Shown: piece after piece, positions 15,770-30,752 of the stretch
Position numbering within the stretch: the stretch's first letter is position 1
Layout of the letters: each line of letters opens with the position of its first letter
Translations under genes and position numbers: made by a program
Assembly: GCF_009914755.1 (NCBI RefSeq)
Contig: NC_060939.1
Reading direction: 5' to 3' (one strand)
From: the human T2T-CHM13v2.0 reference genome, Homo sapiens
Length of the DNA stretch: 64,000 nt
The notes under the pieces: generated by a model
What the model was told of the DNA's origin: nothing
What the model saw: only the letters and a program-made list of their open reading frames with translations
Databases searched by the model: none

Positions 15770-18412
15770 TGTCTTAATCCATTCAGGCAGTTACAACGAA
15801 ATAGCTGTAACAAAATACCATAAATACCATCTCTCAAATAGATGTGAGGAATACATTTCTGTTGTTTACAGCCTTTTGGAGGCTGGAAAGTCCAAAATCA
15901 AGTCTCCAGCAAATTTGGTGTCTGGTTAAGGGCCCTCTTCCTGGTTCATAAATGGCCTTTTTGCTTTAATCTCACATGGTGGAAGAAGCAAGAAATCTTT
16001 CTCCAGTCTCTTCCATAAGGACATTGATCCCATTCAGGAAGGCTCTGACATCAGGATCTAATCACCTCCCAAATGCCCCACCTCCTAATAAGCATCATTT
16101 TACTCCATTTTGTACTGCCATAACAGAATGCCTAAGACTGGGGAATTTATAAAGAACAGAAATTAATTTCCTCACAGTTCTAGAGGCTGGAAATTCCAAG
16201 ATTCAGGCACCGGCACCTGGTGGGGGCCTTTTTGCTGTATCTTCACACAGTGGAAGGCAGAAAGGCAACAGAAAACCAATCCCTCAGTCAAGACCGTTTG
16301 CAAGGACCCCTGATCCCATTTGCAAGGGAGGAGCCCTCATGGCCCAGTTATCCTTTAAATGTTCCACCTCTTAATCCTATCCATTGGCAGCACCTGAGGA
16401 CTCATTCAAACCACAACAATCTGATTCTGGCCCCCTAAACGCTGTCCTTTTCACATCTGGAATACATTCACTCCATGCCAATAGCCCAAAAGTATTAACT
16501 CATCTCAGCATCAACTTTGAAGTCTAAAGTCCAAAATCTCATCCAAACATTGCATGAGTGACATTCAAGGTAGAATTCATCCCAAGGCAAATTTGCCTCC
16601 AGCTGTGAGTCTGTGAAATCAAACAAGTTATATACTTTCAAAAGACAATGGAGGGCCAGGCATAGGATAGTGCCAAAAGAGAGGAAAGAACAGGGTAACA
16701 GGTCCCAAGTAAGTCCAAAACCCAAAGGGGGCAAGCATTACATCTTAAGACTGAAGAACAATCTTTGACTCAATGTACTACCTCCTGGACACACTGGGGT
16801 AGAGGATGAACCCCCAAAGCCCTGGGCAGCCCCACTTTGCTGGCTTTGCGGGACCCACACCTTAGCTCTCATACATTCAAGTCAAATGCCTGTGGCTCTG
16901 CCAGGCTGGCGTTGCATATTGATGGCTCTACATTCTGGGGTCTTGGTGGCAGCCAGGCCCCAAGACTCCACTAGGTAATGCGTTATGGAGGCTGTCTGTG
17001 ATGGTTCCACCCCTGTGGCAGTTCTCCGCATGGGCCTTCTCTGAGATAGGCTTTGACATCTGGGAGGAGGAAGGCATGCCACCACAGCTCTTGCATTCTG
17101 TGCACCCACAGAATCAGTACTAAGGGTACACTGCCAAGGCCTAGAGCCACTGTCAGAGCCACAGTTCAGCCTGCTTCAGCAACAGCCAGGGTGTCTGGGA
17201 AGTGCTGTGCCAGAATGTGGAGAAAAGACTTAAAGTAGCCTTGGGAAGTAAGTCCTGAGGTCCCACAGGTGCCCTGCATCCATTCTGCCATCAAGGTTGT
17301 AGCATTTGGAGTCTGCCATGGGAAGTCCTTGAACCTCTCTCAAGTGTCTTTGAGGTCATTCTCCTATTGTCTTGATGTATATAGCCCCTGGCTTCCTTTT
17401 ATCCGTACTAATCTCCTTGCCAAACAGTCATTTGGCCACACCCTTGGTTTTCTCTCCTAAACACATTTTTTTAGTCTTTAAATGGCCAGGCTGAGAATTT
17501 TGCAAATCTCTACATTGTCCTTCCCTTTTAATTATAAATCATCTTTAAATATTTCTCTCTTCTCATATTTTACTGTAAGCATGTAAGAGAAGCCACGAAG
17601 GATCCTGAACACCTTGCTGCTTTGAGATTTCATCTGCTAAATATCCTAGCCATTGCTTTTAATTGCTGCCTTCCAGAAAGTCCTACAGCATGTATATAAT
17701 TCTTAGCTGCCTTATAACAAGGGTGACCTTTCCTCCAGTTTTCAATACCTTGTTCCTCATTTCCCTCTGAGACTTCATCAAAATAATCATCACTGCCAAC
17801 ACCACTTAGGTAATCTCTAAGGAGAATGAGGCTTTCCCTTCACCTCTCCTCTTCTTCTGAGCTCTCACCAGAATCACTCTTAATGCTTCATTCACTGCAA
17901 TATAGGCTTTTTTCCAGCGTTCACTTCAGAACTGTCCCAAGCACTAACCACTGCCCAGTTCAAATCCCACTTCTACGTTTTTTGGTATTTGTTATAGCAA
18001 CACTCTCCTCCTCTGACTTACCCTATCAAGTCCTGCCCTAGTCCAGTTGTGCTGCTATAACAGAATGCCTGAGACTAGATGATTTATAACGAGCAGAAAT
18101 GTATTCCTTCACATTTCTGGAAGCTGGAAAGTGCAAGATCAAGGTGCTGGCATAATCTGTTAAGGGCTTTCCTGCTGTGTCCTCACATTGCAAAAGGCAG
18201 AAGGGTAAGAGGGAACCAACTGCCTTTATCAAGCGCCTTTATAAAGACATCTGATCTCATTCACAGGGAAGAAGCCTCACCACCTCTTAAAGGCTACACC
18301 TCTTAATATTATCACATTGGCACACCTGAATTTTGAAAAGGAAACATTCAAACCACAGCAACATCATATTGGGGGTTAGGATTTCAACATACAAATTTTG
18401 GGAGACATAAAC
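15770..18412 (-). mobile_element. MLT1A-like MaLR LTR, split into about 15770-16092 and 18361-18412
   Basis: tgtcttaatccattcagg ... aatcacctcccaaatgccccacctcctaata continues at catcatattgggggttaggatttcaacat. Confidence 0.75.
16093..18360 (-). mobile_element. Full-length MaLR (LTR-internal-LTR, MST/MLT1 type) nested in the LTR above
   Basis: Two similar LTRs (about 16093-16417 and 18031-18360, both ending ttcaaaccaca(a/g)ca) flank about 1.6 kb of MaLR internal sequence. Confidence 0.8.
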
Positions 18413-18820
18413 ATAGTCCAGCCCAAATGTCCATCAACAGATGAATGATAACAAACTCTGGCATATATCTATATAATGAAACTCTATTCACCAATAAAAC
18501 AGGATGAAGTGTTGATACAACTCAAACATGGATAAATCTCAAAAACCTATGCTGAGCAAAAAGCAAAACAAAACAAACAAACAAAAAACCCAGACAAACA
18601 AGAGTACATTCTATACAATTATATGTATAGAACATTCTAAGAGACACCAATCAGTGCAGACAAAAGATGAGGGTGGACACGAGAGAGGAAGGAATTATGA
18701 AGGAGCAGCAGGAAACATTTGGGGGTAGATGAATATGTTCATTCCCTTCATGATGGTGATGGTTTCCTGGGTTTTCACAGTTCACCATAGGGTATCATTT
18801 AAATATGTGCAGTTCATGGA
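18413..18820 (+). mobile_element. L1M 3' end (continuation)
   Basis: cccaaatgtccatcaacagatgaatg ... catggataaatctcaaaa. Confidence 0.75.
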
Positions 18821-19040
18821 CATAAAGATGGGAACAATAGATACCAGAAACTCCAAAAGGAGGGAGATAAGGAGGCAGGCAAGAGCTGAAAAACTTCCTA
18901 TTGGGTACCATGTTCACCATCTGGGTTCCAGGATCCACCGAAGCCCCAACCTCAGCCTCATGCAATATACCCTTGTAACAAACCTGCACATGTTTCCCCT
19001 GACTGTAAAGTTAAAATTAAAAAACAATAAATAGATAAAT
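18821..19040 (+). mobile_element. 5'-truncated L1PB/L1MA 3' end with target-site duplication
   Basis: gtaacaaacctgcacatgt ... A-tail; flanked by atatgtgcagt(t/a)catgga on both sides. Confidence 0.8.
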
Positions 19041-19258
19041 ACATATGTGCAGTACATGGATGTTGATTATGCCTCAAAAAACTAAACAAAACAAAGACTA
19101 TCCCACTCCACTCAATGTTCATTCACTTCAATCAGAAGATGCTTCAGGCTCTATCCACCTTCGAAACTCAACGGGGTCCCAGCACAAAAATTGAACCTGG
19201 CACAGCGCCTGAGGCAATACCCGCCTCATGCAACGAAACAACCAGGCATGACACATAC

Positions 19259-19359
19259 TTATCCATAAAATCTTCATACAAAAGAGTTCATACAGAAGTG
19301 TTACAGGAGCCTAGAAATCCTTCCTTGGAAATTCACACTTAGCTGTTATTTTCAAAAAC
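19259..19359 (-). pseudogene. Pseudo-exon: AAA3 Walker B region
   Basis: attacctag| ... AA|gtatgt. CEFPRKDF*APVTLLYEL ~ LNMPAKDEYGAQPPIELLRQ. Phases fit both neighbours. Confidence 0.55.
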
Positions 19360-19704
19360 CTAGGTAATAGTCACTTAGGGCTTTGGAATCAAATTGAGGG
19401 GTTTTTTTTTTCTGTTCCTTTTCATTTTATGGCATGTTATGCTTTGTTAATATATTCATTGCTTCATCAAACATTTATTTAGCACCTAATGTACACAAAG
19501 AAATGGACTAACTGCAGTTAAGGAGAAAAAAGGTTTGCTTCCTTTTCTGATAAAATCTGCACTAACTTGTTTTAAAACAACTTAGGTTTAAAAAACGAGA
19601 AAATAGGGGTAAATGCATGAATAGAGTAAAAAGGACCTCAAAGTAAAAAAGGAATGAGTGAAGCAGAGTCATCAACAAGGGTTTTCAGGGAGGAAGGGTG
19701 TGTT

Positions 19705-20800
19705 TTTTCATTCATTTATCCATGTGTTCATGTATTCATTCATTCAACAAAAATTCTTTAAGCCATTATGCCCTAAATCTGTATACAGATATTCTGCATG
19801 AAAATAAAAGGGAGTCTCAGCCTCCCAGCCATCTTCCTTTACCCTCAGTCCTTCTGTGAGGAGTAAAGGTGGAGATGGAAGTTTGGATAGGAAGGAGGGT
19901 TTGTATTTGAGAAGCAGTGCTGAAGCTGCAACTCTGTGCTGGCCAAGGTGCTAGGTGTCGGAGTGCCAGGAAGGATGAGACTGTGGTTTCCACCTTGGAG
20001 GCACTCACACAATCAACGGGAAAGAATCGGGGAAATACATGATTGCAAACACATGATAAATATTTTAACAAAATGCACCAGATGCCACAGAATCATAAGA
20101 GAGAAAGTATCTTTGGAGGCTAGAAAGGCTTCACGGAGAAGGAAGAATTGCACTGAGCACTGTGGATAAGGTTCCCAGTGAGAAGAGCAGGACAGGCATG
20201 TTCCCAGGAACTCTTTTGTATGGAAGTTGTGAGGTAAGACCGATAGATATTAAAGGAATATCGTGTCAGCACAGGGGATGGAGAGCAAGACCAGCGGCAG
20301 AGGAACCAGTTGGGAAATGACTACAAAGTCCAGGCAAGAAATGGCAAGATGTTGAATGAAAACTGTGGTGTTTAGGCTGGAAAAGACGGCAGAGACTTGA
20401 AAAATATCTAGGATAGAGTCACTCAGAGTGAATGTTTAATTAGAAGTGCAGGCTTAGGGCAAGAAAGGGTCACGTGTGAGCCTGAGTTTCCACCATAGGT
20501 CATGGAAAAAGAGAGAATATGGTCCAGGAAGAAGAGGATGCATTCATTATTGGCAATGGTGCATTTGAGATGTGGAAGGCATTGCCACACAGAGCAAGAC
20601 ACATTTCCTAGCTGCAGAGGTAATTAGGGTTCACTGCCCCAAGCTAAGTTGTCAAATGCTGCAAGAGGACCCAATCGTATAAGTGTGAACAGTGTCACTT
20701 AGGCTTGGCAAGTAGGTGGACATAGGCCTTTTAAACATGAGGTGTTTCAGCATAATGATGGGGCAGAAGTTACATGAAATGGGAAGACTGCAGAGGAGAG
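19705..20800 (-). mobile_element. L2 fragments
   Basis: ttcattcattcaacaaa 3'-end signature followed by purine-rich L2-like body. Confidence 0.55.
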
Positions 20801-20829
20801 GAGGAAAAGAATGTCCCCCAAAATGATAC

Positions 20830-21062
20830 ATAGGTGAGGATCTCTTATCAGAAATACTTGGGACCAGAAGTGTTTCAGATTTCAAATTTTTTGGATTTTA
20901 GAATATTTGCATTATATCAATTGATCATCCCCAACCCCAAAATTCAAAATCTTAAATGCTCCAGTGAGCATTTCCTTTGAGCATCATGTCAGCACAGAAA
21001 AAATTTCAGATTTTGGAGCATTTCAGATTTCAGGTTTTCAGATTAAAAATACTCAGCCTATA
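20830..21062. mobile_element. Tigger4a (MER46A)-like TcMar DNA transposon
   Basis: cttgggaccagaagtgtttcagattt ... catcatgtcagcac ... atactcagcct with degenerate terminal inverted repeats. Confidence 0.8.
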
Positions 21063-21714
21063 ATACATGACCAGGTCAGAACTTCCAAGAAAATTCTGGA
21101 AATACTAGTTTTCCTAGAGATGTTCTATGAGAAATAAAAATGTTCATGTTCTTCTAGAGTTTGAATCTTTAAAAGGATGAGTACAATTGATTGTTCTACA
21201 TGACAGTCACCCTCAAGAAATGTGTGCTATGTCCCAGTTGGCTCCCTAAGAAATGATGAAGCAGAAAGTGAGAACAGATCCACAGATGGCATTTACCAAC
21301 TACTATTCAGCTCACTTGTTGACTAACTCCTGCTCAATACAGGTGCAGATCAGATAGTGCCAAGAAATGGGCAGCTACCAGGTGCAGGCACTGTACTAGG
21401 CAGTATACTCCAGGGACAGGCAGTCAATGAGGGAATGAGGGCATAGGCAAAAGTGACTGCTGCTTCCACAAAGAGAGTCCTGGGTACTAGGGCACTGCAT
21501 GAGGAGAGGAGCTATATGGGAGGGGGTGAAAGAATACCTCCAGGGAATAGGCGATGAAGCTCAACTCCAAAAAGAGTAGGAGTCATCGCAGGGAAGAGAA
21601 GGTTCAAGAGTGTTTCTGCAGAGGAATCAGCATGTGCAAAAGACCTGAAGTGGAAGACAGCACGCCACATCCATGGGCATCAGCTTGTCTGTGATTGCTA
21701 GCCAAACTCCAAGG

Positions 21715-21915
21715 CTATCAGAGTTTCAATCCTGGTTCCACCAGTTAAAAGTTGTGTGACCTTAGGCAAGGTATATAAAACCAGCTTTTCCCTTCCTCAG
21801 CTCCCTTGTCTGTAAAATGAGGATCAGTACAGGACCTTTATGCGGGCTGTTTGGAAGGATCCAGAGAGCTATCACATAGAAGCACATAACTGGTATGTGT
21901 TAGCTATTACTATTA
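21715..21915 (+). mobile_element. MIR
   Basis: gtttcaatcctggttccacca ... tgtgaccttaggcaag ... ctgtaaaatgagga. Confidence 0.75.
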
Positions 21916-22122
21916 GTATTGCATATCTTATTTTGTACTATGTTTCTAAGAAAATTTAAATATTGATTATTATCTTTTCTACTAAAAGATCATATGGATA
22001 TATTTTTTACTTCCATAAAGCAACTTATTGAGGTACAGTTTATAGATAAAACAATCATCCATTCTAAGAGTACTGCTCAATAATTTTTAGCAAATGTTTT
22101 ATAGTCAAGCAATCATCACCAC

Positions 22123-22852
<730 letters not shown>

Positions 22853-23214
22853 ACCACAATCCAGTTTTAGAAAATTTCCATCACCCCAAGAAGTTTCCTC
22901 ATGCATTTTTGCAGTCATTCTCTACTTTCACCCCCAGGCAAGTACTGATCTACTCTCTCTAAATATAGTTTTGCCTTTCTTATATAAATGGAATCATAGG
23001 CTATGTAGTCTTTGGTGTCTGGCTTATTTCACTTAGCATAATGTTCCTTAAGGTTCATCAATGTGGTTGCATGTACCTTCTCTTTATTGCCAAATAGTAT
23101 TACATGGTACAGATAGGCCATATTTTGTTTATTCATTCAACAGTTGAACACTGGGGTTGTTTTTAGTTTAGGGCTGTTTTGAATACCCTGCACAGAAATC
23201 GTGTGGCATATAAT

Positions 23215-23560
<346 letters not shown>

Positions 23561-23887
23561 TAACGCTATGTTTAAGTTCTTAAGAAACCTTCAAATAGTT
23601 TTCCAGAGTGTCTACCATTTTATATTCCCACCAGCAATGTATAAAGACTCCAATTTCTCCAAATGCTTCCTAATACTTAGTATTGTCAATCTTCAAGGGA
23701 AATATTGATACAAAGAGTGTGCCCATTTTTCAACTGGGTTGTGTCTTCTTACTATTGAGCTATAAACGTTTTTTCTATATACTGGACAGATATGTACTTT
23801 AAAAATATTTTCTCCCAGTTAGTGGGTTGTCTTTTCATTTTCTTAATGAATAACACTTTGATCTTTTTTTTTTTTTTCATCTCTCAG

Positions 23888-23935
23888 TTCTCCTGGGAGA
23901 CTGTTTTTGACTTCTCCTGGGAGACTGTTTTTGAC
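23888..23935 (+). repeat. 24-bp tandem duplication
   Basis: ttctcctgggagactgtttttgac twice, exact. Confidence 0.95.
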
Positions 23936-23995
23936 ATCTCCTTTAATCTAAGCACATACTATGCCTCATGAGCTCTGGAAGTAGTCTGAAAATAC

Positions 23996-24478
23996 CTTAT
24001 AATTTTTTGGTGTTTTCTATCAAGTTCAACACCATCTATTCCAAAACAAATCTAGATAGATCATTCTACAGCCAATTCATCTGGCAAATGGATTCCACCA
24101 TCTTCCCTTTGGAATGATATCATTGGCCTATATTAATGAGGAAAGGCCAGCAAAATATATCACTGTGTTTACTTTAAAGATGTTTTTGAGGACATTGTCA
24201 TATGGCAAAGAACTCCTCCTTTTCTATGAGGATGTCGGCTGGTCTTGAAGACAGAAATGACTGTATTTTCCTAAGCAATAAGTTTGATTCCCGGGTAGAC
24301 ACCACCACATAACAGTAAGTTTCTCCTTCTGGGAAACTGGCCCTCCGACCCCCTTGGATGATAATTTGTGGATCTCACATATTACAGCTTCGTGACGGAT
24401 GTGGCATATTCTAAATCCACTGCTCCGCTCGGCCTCATATCATTTCCATCTGCTTCATATTCATTTTATGAATGTATT
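23996..24478 (-). pseudogene. Pseudo-exon: AAA3 entry and P-loop
   Basis: FPEGETYCYVVV ~ FPEEGTVYDYFV. PYDNVLKNIFKVNTVIYFAGLSSLI*A ~ RY.YLL..LL....PVLFVGESGTGKT, with TAG (24128-24130) at the Walker A lysine position. Donor AAG|gtattt. Confidence 0.65.
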
Positions 24479-25104
24479 CTATTGTGTGTGCATGAGAGTG
24501 ATTTTGACTGGCTCTTATCTAGATTTGTCAACACTACCTCCCCCGCCCCAGGCTCCCCATCTCCCATTCTTCTGAGCCTTAGCGTACAAAGCCCATGATC
24601 ACAGCAGGACACGTCAGAGTAAGCCCGAAAATGTGGGGAACCAACCTGAGCTCCTGCCTGGAATGGCTCTGGTTGCCGCTAGCATGGAAGAAGACTTTCC
24701 TTTCTTACAGCAGCAGCCAGCAGCATCAACCACCTGTCTTGGTATTGTAATGAAGTAGCGAACGTAATGAAATAAACTAATGATTTCACAATGCGATCTT
24801 AACACTTGTCAATTCGTGAAAAGTAAAACAAGTAAGGGGAGAGAGAGGGACTGCATGGAGAGGAAAAGCTGCTTTGGAAACAGGAAGAGCTCTTTGAGGA
24901 GAAGGCATTTTAGTATCGATCTGAGTACTGAGAAGAAGAGAGCTTGGTGCAGATCACGAGCAGAGCAGGCTGAGCAGCTGAGATGCAAGGGCAAGGACCC
25001 TGGGTGGGCACAGACGTCATGCACTGGTGAGACAGCAGGTTGGAGCACAGGGCCTAAATGGGAGGCCAGGGAGGTGGGCAGAGGGAAGACTGGGGAGGAT
25101 GTGA

Positions 25105-25293
<189 letters not shown>

Positions 25294-27258
25294 TAAGGGA
25301 ATAAATGTGGTTTTCTCTGGTTACTCTGGCTACTATGTAAGAAGCAGGGGAACCAGAAGAGCAGCAAGGAGGCTGGGAGAAGTGTCCAGATGGAGATGCT
25401 GAAGCTGTGGGAAAGCAGGGGTGGGCAGGAGTGGTGAGGGGGGGTTCAATCTGTGCAGCTGTTGCAGGCAGCACACTATAGGATTCTCTGACGAACAAGG
25501 ACTAGAGTGTGGGGAAGCCGAGAGCCCGTGACTCCAGAATCCTATTGTGGACATTTGATATCTGCGGTGCTGAAACCTCCAAGTGGTCATTTAGGATGTG
25601 AGTCTGGCCCTTGGGAGAAGTGACAGCTTGTATTACATGTCAGTGTTGCTGCAGTGTGTGGAAGGCACTGGAAAGGCGAGGAGGGGGAGAGAAAGAAGAA
25701 GCCAGGGCCCTGTGCCCACGGCCACCTCGGGAAGGTGGGGAGGAGATGCCCTTGAGGAGACCACAGCAAACAGCTGGGAGGCACAGAGCAGATATCGTGG
25801 CCGGAGCAGAGGCTGAGGAGATGTGCAGGGAAGCTTCAAGGAACCCCGCGGGCTGGGAAACCCAAAGCCAGCCACAGGAAGCAGCACACTGGGCTGCAGG
25901 CTTCGGAAACTCCGCATCATGCTGGCTGCACAGCGAAGGCAGACGGAGGGGCGAGGTTGCTGGCCAGAAGCAGCATGCCACCATGGGGGAGTTCCAGGGT
26001 CAGGTAGGGGTAGAAGAAAGGACAGCTTTTTAAGAAGTGGGAGAACCAGGCTCTGCTGGTCAAGGTGCCCATGAGGGCAAGGACGAGGAAACGGTCGGGG
26101 TCCTCCTGACTCTGGTTTGGGCAACCAGGTGGCGCTCAGCTCCTGAGAGCGGCTGAGGCAGGGTGCGGCAGTGGGAAAGGTGTCCCAGGAGGCCGTGACT
26201 GTAGGGGAAGGGCAGTGGTAGTGGGAGGACAGCCAAAGGAATTTCCTCTTGATAACCTTTTTATTATTTTTTCATGGTGTGAGGCCGTCTGCTGAGAATG
26301 TGGCGGGCAGAGAGAATGGTACCAGAGGCAGAGGATGGACAGGCAGAGAGTGGACGCACAGGAGAGGGGAGACCCAGGCCCTATCAGCAACACTGGCAGC
26401 TCAGTCGCCTGGTGCCATCAGTCATCTCTGTGGGCCCCGAAACACAATGCTGGGTTCAGGAGTAAGGAGAGAGGAAGAGGCTACCGGGATGATCCAGCCT
26501 GGAGGTCTGTAGGGTAGAGGCTGGAAAAACATCAGAGATATGCATCAAAAAGATTCTCCAAGAGGGGCCAACAGGGTGGGAAGAATGAATGCCGTGGACA
26601 GGCAATGCTGGCACAGGAAGGAGTGAGAACTGGTGGCCGCAACACGCTGTTTCCATAAGATGTCGTGGGTGGGAGACAGCATGCTCCCCGTTTCCATCTG
26701 GGCACTGGTTGCATGAGCTTATGTGCAAGTGAGCATTCATCAGGCAGCACACTCCTGTGCCCACTTCTGCCTCCTTACTGCAGGTGTGCTGTACCTCAGC
26801 AAACCACACACCCTCAGGGGAAGAGACCCAAGAAGGAAGCAAACCCAGCAGAGGAACCAGGGATCAGAGACGGCTGGTGGAGGTTGAACGGCCACATGTT
26901 GTGAGTGTCCAAAGTGCCTTCCCCAGGCACACTTGCCATGGCGGGGCTGAGGTGACCACTCTGGCAGAGACTCTGACCCGGAAGGAAACTCAACACGTGC
27001 CAGCAACGAGAACAATAATAAGGAGAATATGTTTGTCACTGCATTCAAACACACAGAAAACAGCCGAGGAAGGTGTGCAGAATATTTAGACGTCTGAGCT
27101 ACGACAAATCACCTATTTTCCCTAAGCCTCAGTTTCTTCCCTTGTAAAAAGAGCTTCATAAGTGTCCCTGCATTGGGGTCGGTGTGAGGATGTAGTGAGA
27201 TGATACACAGAAACTGCTTGACACAGTGCCTGAACTATAACAATGCCCCCATAACTAC

Positions 27259-27730
27259 TGTGAACCCCAAAAATCCGAGACAGGTTTCAGTTAATTTAGA
27301 AAGTTTATTTTGCCAGGGTTGAGGCTGCAAGTCCGTGACACAGCCTCAGGAGGTCCTGATGACATGTGCCCAAGGTGGTCAGAACACAGTTTGGTTTTAT
27401 ACATTCTAGGGAGACATGAGACATCAATCAATGTATGTAAGATGAGCATTGGTTCAGTCTGGAAAGGCCGAACAACTCAAAGCAAAGGCAGGAAGACTGG
27501 AAGTGGGGCGGGGCTTCCAGGTCATAGGTAGATAAGAGACAAATGGTCGAGTTATTTTGAGTTTCTGACTAGCCTTTCCAAAGGAGGCAAACAGATATGC
27601 ATTTATCTCAGTGAGAAGAGGGGCGACTTTGAATAGAATGGGAGGCAGGTTGACCCTAAGAAGTTCGCAGCTTGACTTTTTCCCTTTAGCTTAGTGATTT
27701 AGAGGTCCCAAGATTTATTTTCCTTTCACA
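27259..27730 (-). mobile_element. MER4A1-like ERV1 solo LTR inserted at the end of a MIR (about 27090-27258)
   Basis: tgtgaacc ... cagcctcaggaggtcctgatgacatgtgcccaaggtggtc ... tttcctttcaca; ctac/ctat flanks. Confidence 0.85.
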
Positions 27731-28705
27731 CTATCTATTATTATTTTCATTATCACTGTTAGTAATTATTAAAGGTGCATAGGAAATCACTCAGGACTGT
27801 CTCAATGAACAGCAGTTCAGGAAATAGGAGTGAAAGACAAATCTGAAGTCTGTGGAGAACACTAAGTTCTCAGAGGTCACACCAAAAACAGAGAAACACA
27901 ACCATCCGCTGCCTCAAGGGGAGATAAAGCACATCCCAAAAAAGCCACGTGCAAAAAAATTACAAAGCCACATAGCAGTTAGGCACAAAAAACAAGGTGC
28001 CAGGTAAATATATCCATACTGAGGGCATGCAGACAAGAGGGCAAGAGGGGGCCATGGGCAGCTCCTTGAGGACCTGGGGGGGTCTGAGCTTGAAGCAGGA
28101 GGCAGGTGTGAGCAAGGAGAGAGTCTCTCTCACCAGGACCAGCGAGCTTTTCTAACCATCCCAGCCTTGGAACGAGGCAGGAACACACGTGGGAGACTTG
28201 GGCTGGTGATTGAAGAGGTCAGAAAAATATGAGAGACAGCAGGAAAACCAATTATTCAAAGCTGCCATTTCCAGCCAGCAAAGTTAACTTTGGGTTTTGA
28301 GGGTCCTCAGAAGCCTCTCTAAGAACTGAGCAGGAAACAGAGCAACAGATATGATGGTGACAGAGAATTTTTCCCTGCAGCTGTGTGTGGGATGTGCTAC
28401 ATCCCAGAAGAGAGAGGAGAGAAAACCCACACGATGTAATAAGACTTGCACAAAAATGCCAAATTATGACAATAAGTCCTTAAGTGCCGAGGCAGGAACG
28501 AGAAGGACATGACTTAGCATTTGGTAATTATGTTGAAGAAATTATGAAATAATAACTATTTATAAACCGATTCTCTTACTAGTCCTGAGCACATACAATA
28601 TGTTTTCAGATAAAATTATAGATAATGAAATGCTAGAAAATGTTGTTAAGGTGCATGGTGTTGGTTGCATTGTGATATTTAATATACTAATGATAAGTAG
28701 ATTAC

Positions 28706-28891
28706 TCTGATGCATCCCGTGCCTGAATCATCTGTTGTCTTGTGTGCAAAATCCATTCTTTTATTAGTAAACTATTAAAAACATCCATGGTCTGTCATTT
28801 ATGGGCCTTCTTTATTGCAACTCATTTATAATGTATAGAATGTGACCTCAACACTCCATAGTTTGCTCTAAGATTTCCAGACTTGCTACAT
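28706..28891 (-). pseudogene. Pseudo-exon: end of AAA2 lid
   Basis: WMFLIVY**KNGFCTQDNR*F ~ FLFSLIWSVGG..D.D.R.KF; acceptor gctttttgtgtctggaag, donor GA|gtaatc. Confidence 0.45.
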
Positions 28892-29716
28892 CTTCCAGAC
28901 ACAAAAAGCAAAATACACAGAGAACAAGCCATGGTAAGAACACACACTGTTGTGAACACAGTGCTGGTTTTCAATTAGAATGAAAAGCTGAGCCATGCAG
29001 GAATTCCCCACACCTTCTAAAGCAAGTGCATCCAACTCAAGCTATACATGAGCTGATCAATATCCTGACTCAAGGGAAACAAACAGAAAAGTCTCATCTT
29101 CAAAATGTAAGATTGTATTGATTTTTTTCTCCTCAAGGCCCAGAGAGTACAAACTGCAAAACAGCTCTCAGCAACTGAATGCTACATGCTGATCCTCTTC
29201 CCACTGAACGTGGCTGTGTGTGTGATGGGTGTGCGCTGGGAGTGGAGGTGGAAGCACATCCAACAAAGAGGTAGGATAATGAACCTGATGTAGCTGATGA
29301 TGCTGCATTCATATTTATAGAGAACCACAGGCTCCTAAAACCCCTATCTCAGCCCTTTGTGTCATACCACAGCACATTCGAGTCCCTCAGAGCTAAGAGC
29401 TCCCCTCTGTATTTCACCATGCAGCACCTAACCCATCTTCACAATTGCCATGAAGAAACGATGCTCAGGGGGTTTGAGCAATGTGTGCAAGTTCCCCAAG
29501 CAGGTCAAACCCATAAACCGTCTTCACCAACTTCTCACAGCCTGCCTCACATCAACTTGTGAATCCCACTTACTTACATCTCCTTAGAGGCCTCTTGTGG
29601 GTTCTCACTGCCAACAGCAAGTCTCTTCTATTTCTTTAAGAATCATCCAATTATTTTTATCACCAACTGCCTTTCTCTTTCACAGGCCATCCAGCTCACA
29701 TGGCATATATCCAGTA

Positions 29717-30752
29717 ACAGCCCAGCTCTGAGGACCTCCACCAAATGACAGCCCAGCTCTGAGGACCTCCACCCAACCACAGCCCAGCTCTGAGGACCTC
29801 CACCCAACCACAGCCCAGCTCTGAGGACCTCCACCCAACCACAGCCCAGCTCTGAGGACCTCCACCCAACCACAGCCCAGCTCTGAGGACCTCCACCCAA
29901 CCACAGCCTAGCTCTGGGGACCTCCACCCAACCACAGCCCAGCTCTGAGGACCTCCACCCAATGACAGCCCAGCTCTGAGGACCTCCACCCAACCACAGC
30001 CCAGCTCTGAGGACCTCCACCCAACCACAGCCCAGCTCTGAGGACCTCCACCAAATGACAGCCCAGCTCTGAGGACCTCCACCCAACCACAGCCCAGCTC
30101 TGAGGACCTCCACCCAACCACAGCCCAGCTCTGAGGACCTCCACCCAACCACAGCCCAGCTCTGAGGACCTCCACCAAATGACAGCCCAGCTCTGAGGAC
30201 CTCCACCCAACCACAGCCCAGCTCTGAGGACCTCCACCCAACCACAGCCCAGCTCTGAGGACCTCCACCCAACCACAGCCTAGCTCTGGGGACCTCCACC
30301 CAACCACAGCCCAGCTCTGAGGACCTCCACCCAATGACAGCCCAGCTCTGGGGACATCCACCCAATGACAGACAGCCCAGCTCTTGGGACCTCCACCCAG
30401 CGACAGTCCAGCTCTGGGGACCTCCCTCCGATGACAGCCCAGCTCTGCGGACATCCACCCAGTGACAGCCCAGTTCTGGGGACATCCACCCAATGACAGC
30501 CCAGCTCTGAGGACCTCCACCCAATGACAGCCCAGCTCTGGGGACCTCCACCCTATGACAGCCCAGCTCTGGGGACCTCCACTCAATGACAACCTAGCTC
30601 TGGGGACCTCCACCCTATGACAGCCCAGCTCTGGGGATATCCACCCGATGACAGCCCAGCTCTGGGGACCTCCATCCTATGACAGCCCAGCTCTGGGGAC
30701 CTCCACCCAATGACAGCCCAGCTCTAATATCCACCCAACAACAGCCCAGTTC
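29717..30752 (+). repeat. Minisatellite (VNTR), 31-bp unit, about 33 copies
   Basis: Unit acagcccagctctgaggacctccacccaacc with variants; homogeneous on the left, diverged on the right. Confidence 0.98.

Noticed and set aside
25590-27090. Cluster of overlapping ORFs in GC-richer DNA
   Set aside because: Not a CpG island and no recognisable protein; fewer stops are expected at this GC content.
29643-30613. 302- and 305-aa ORFs on the minus strand
   Set aside because: Artefacts of a stop-free 31-bp minisatellite; the same 31-aa period appears in all frames.
29717-30752. CRISPR-like regular array
   Set aside because: Units are head-to-tail with no unique spacers, and the context is primate DNA.
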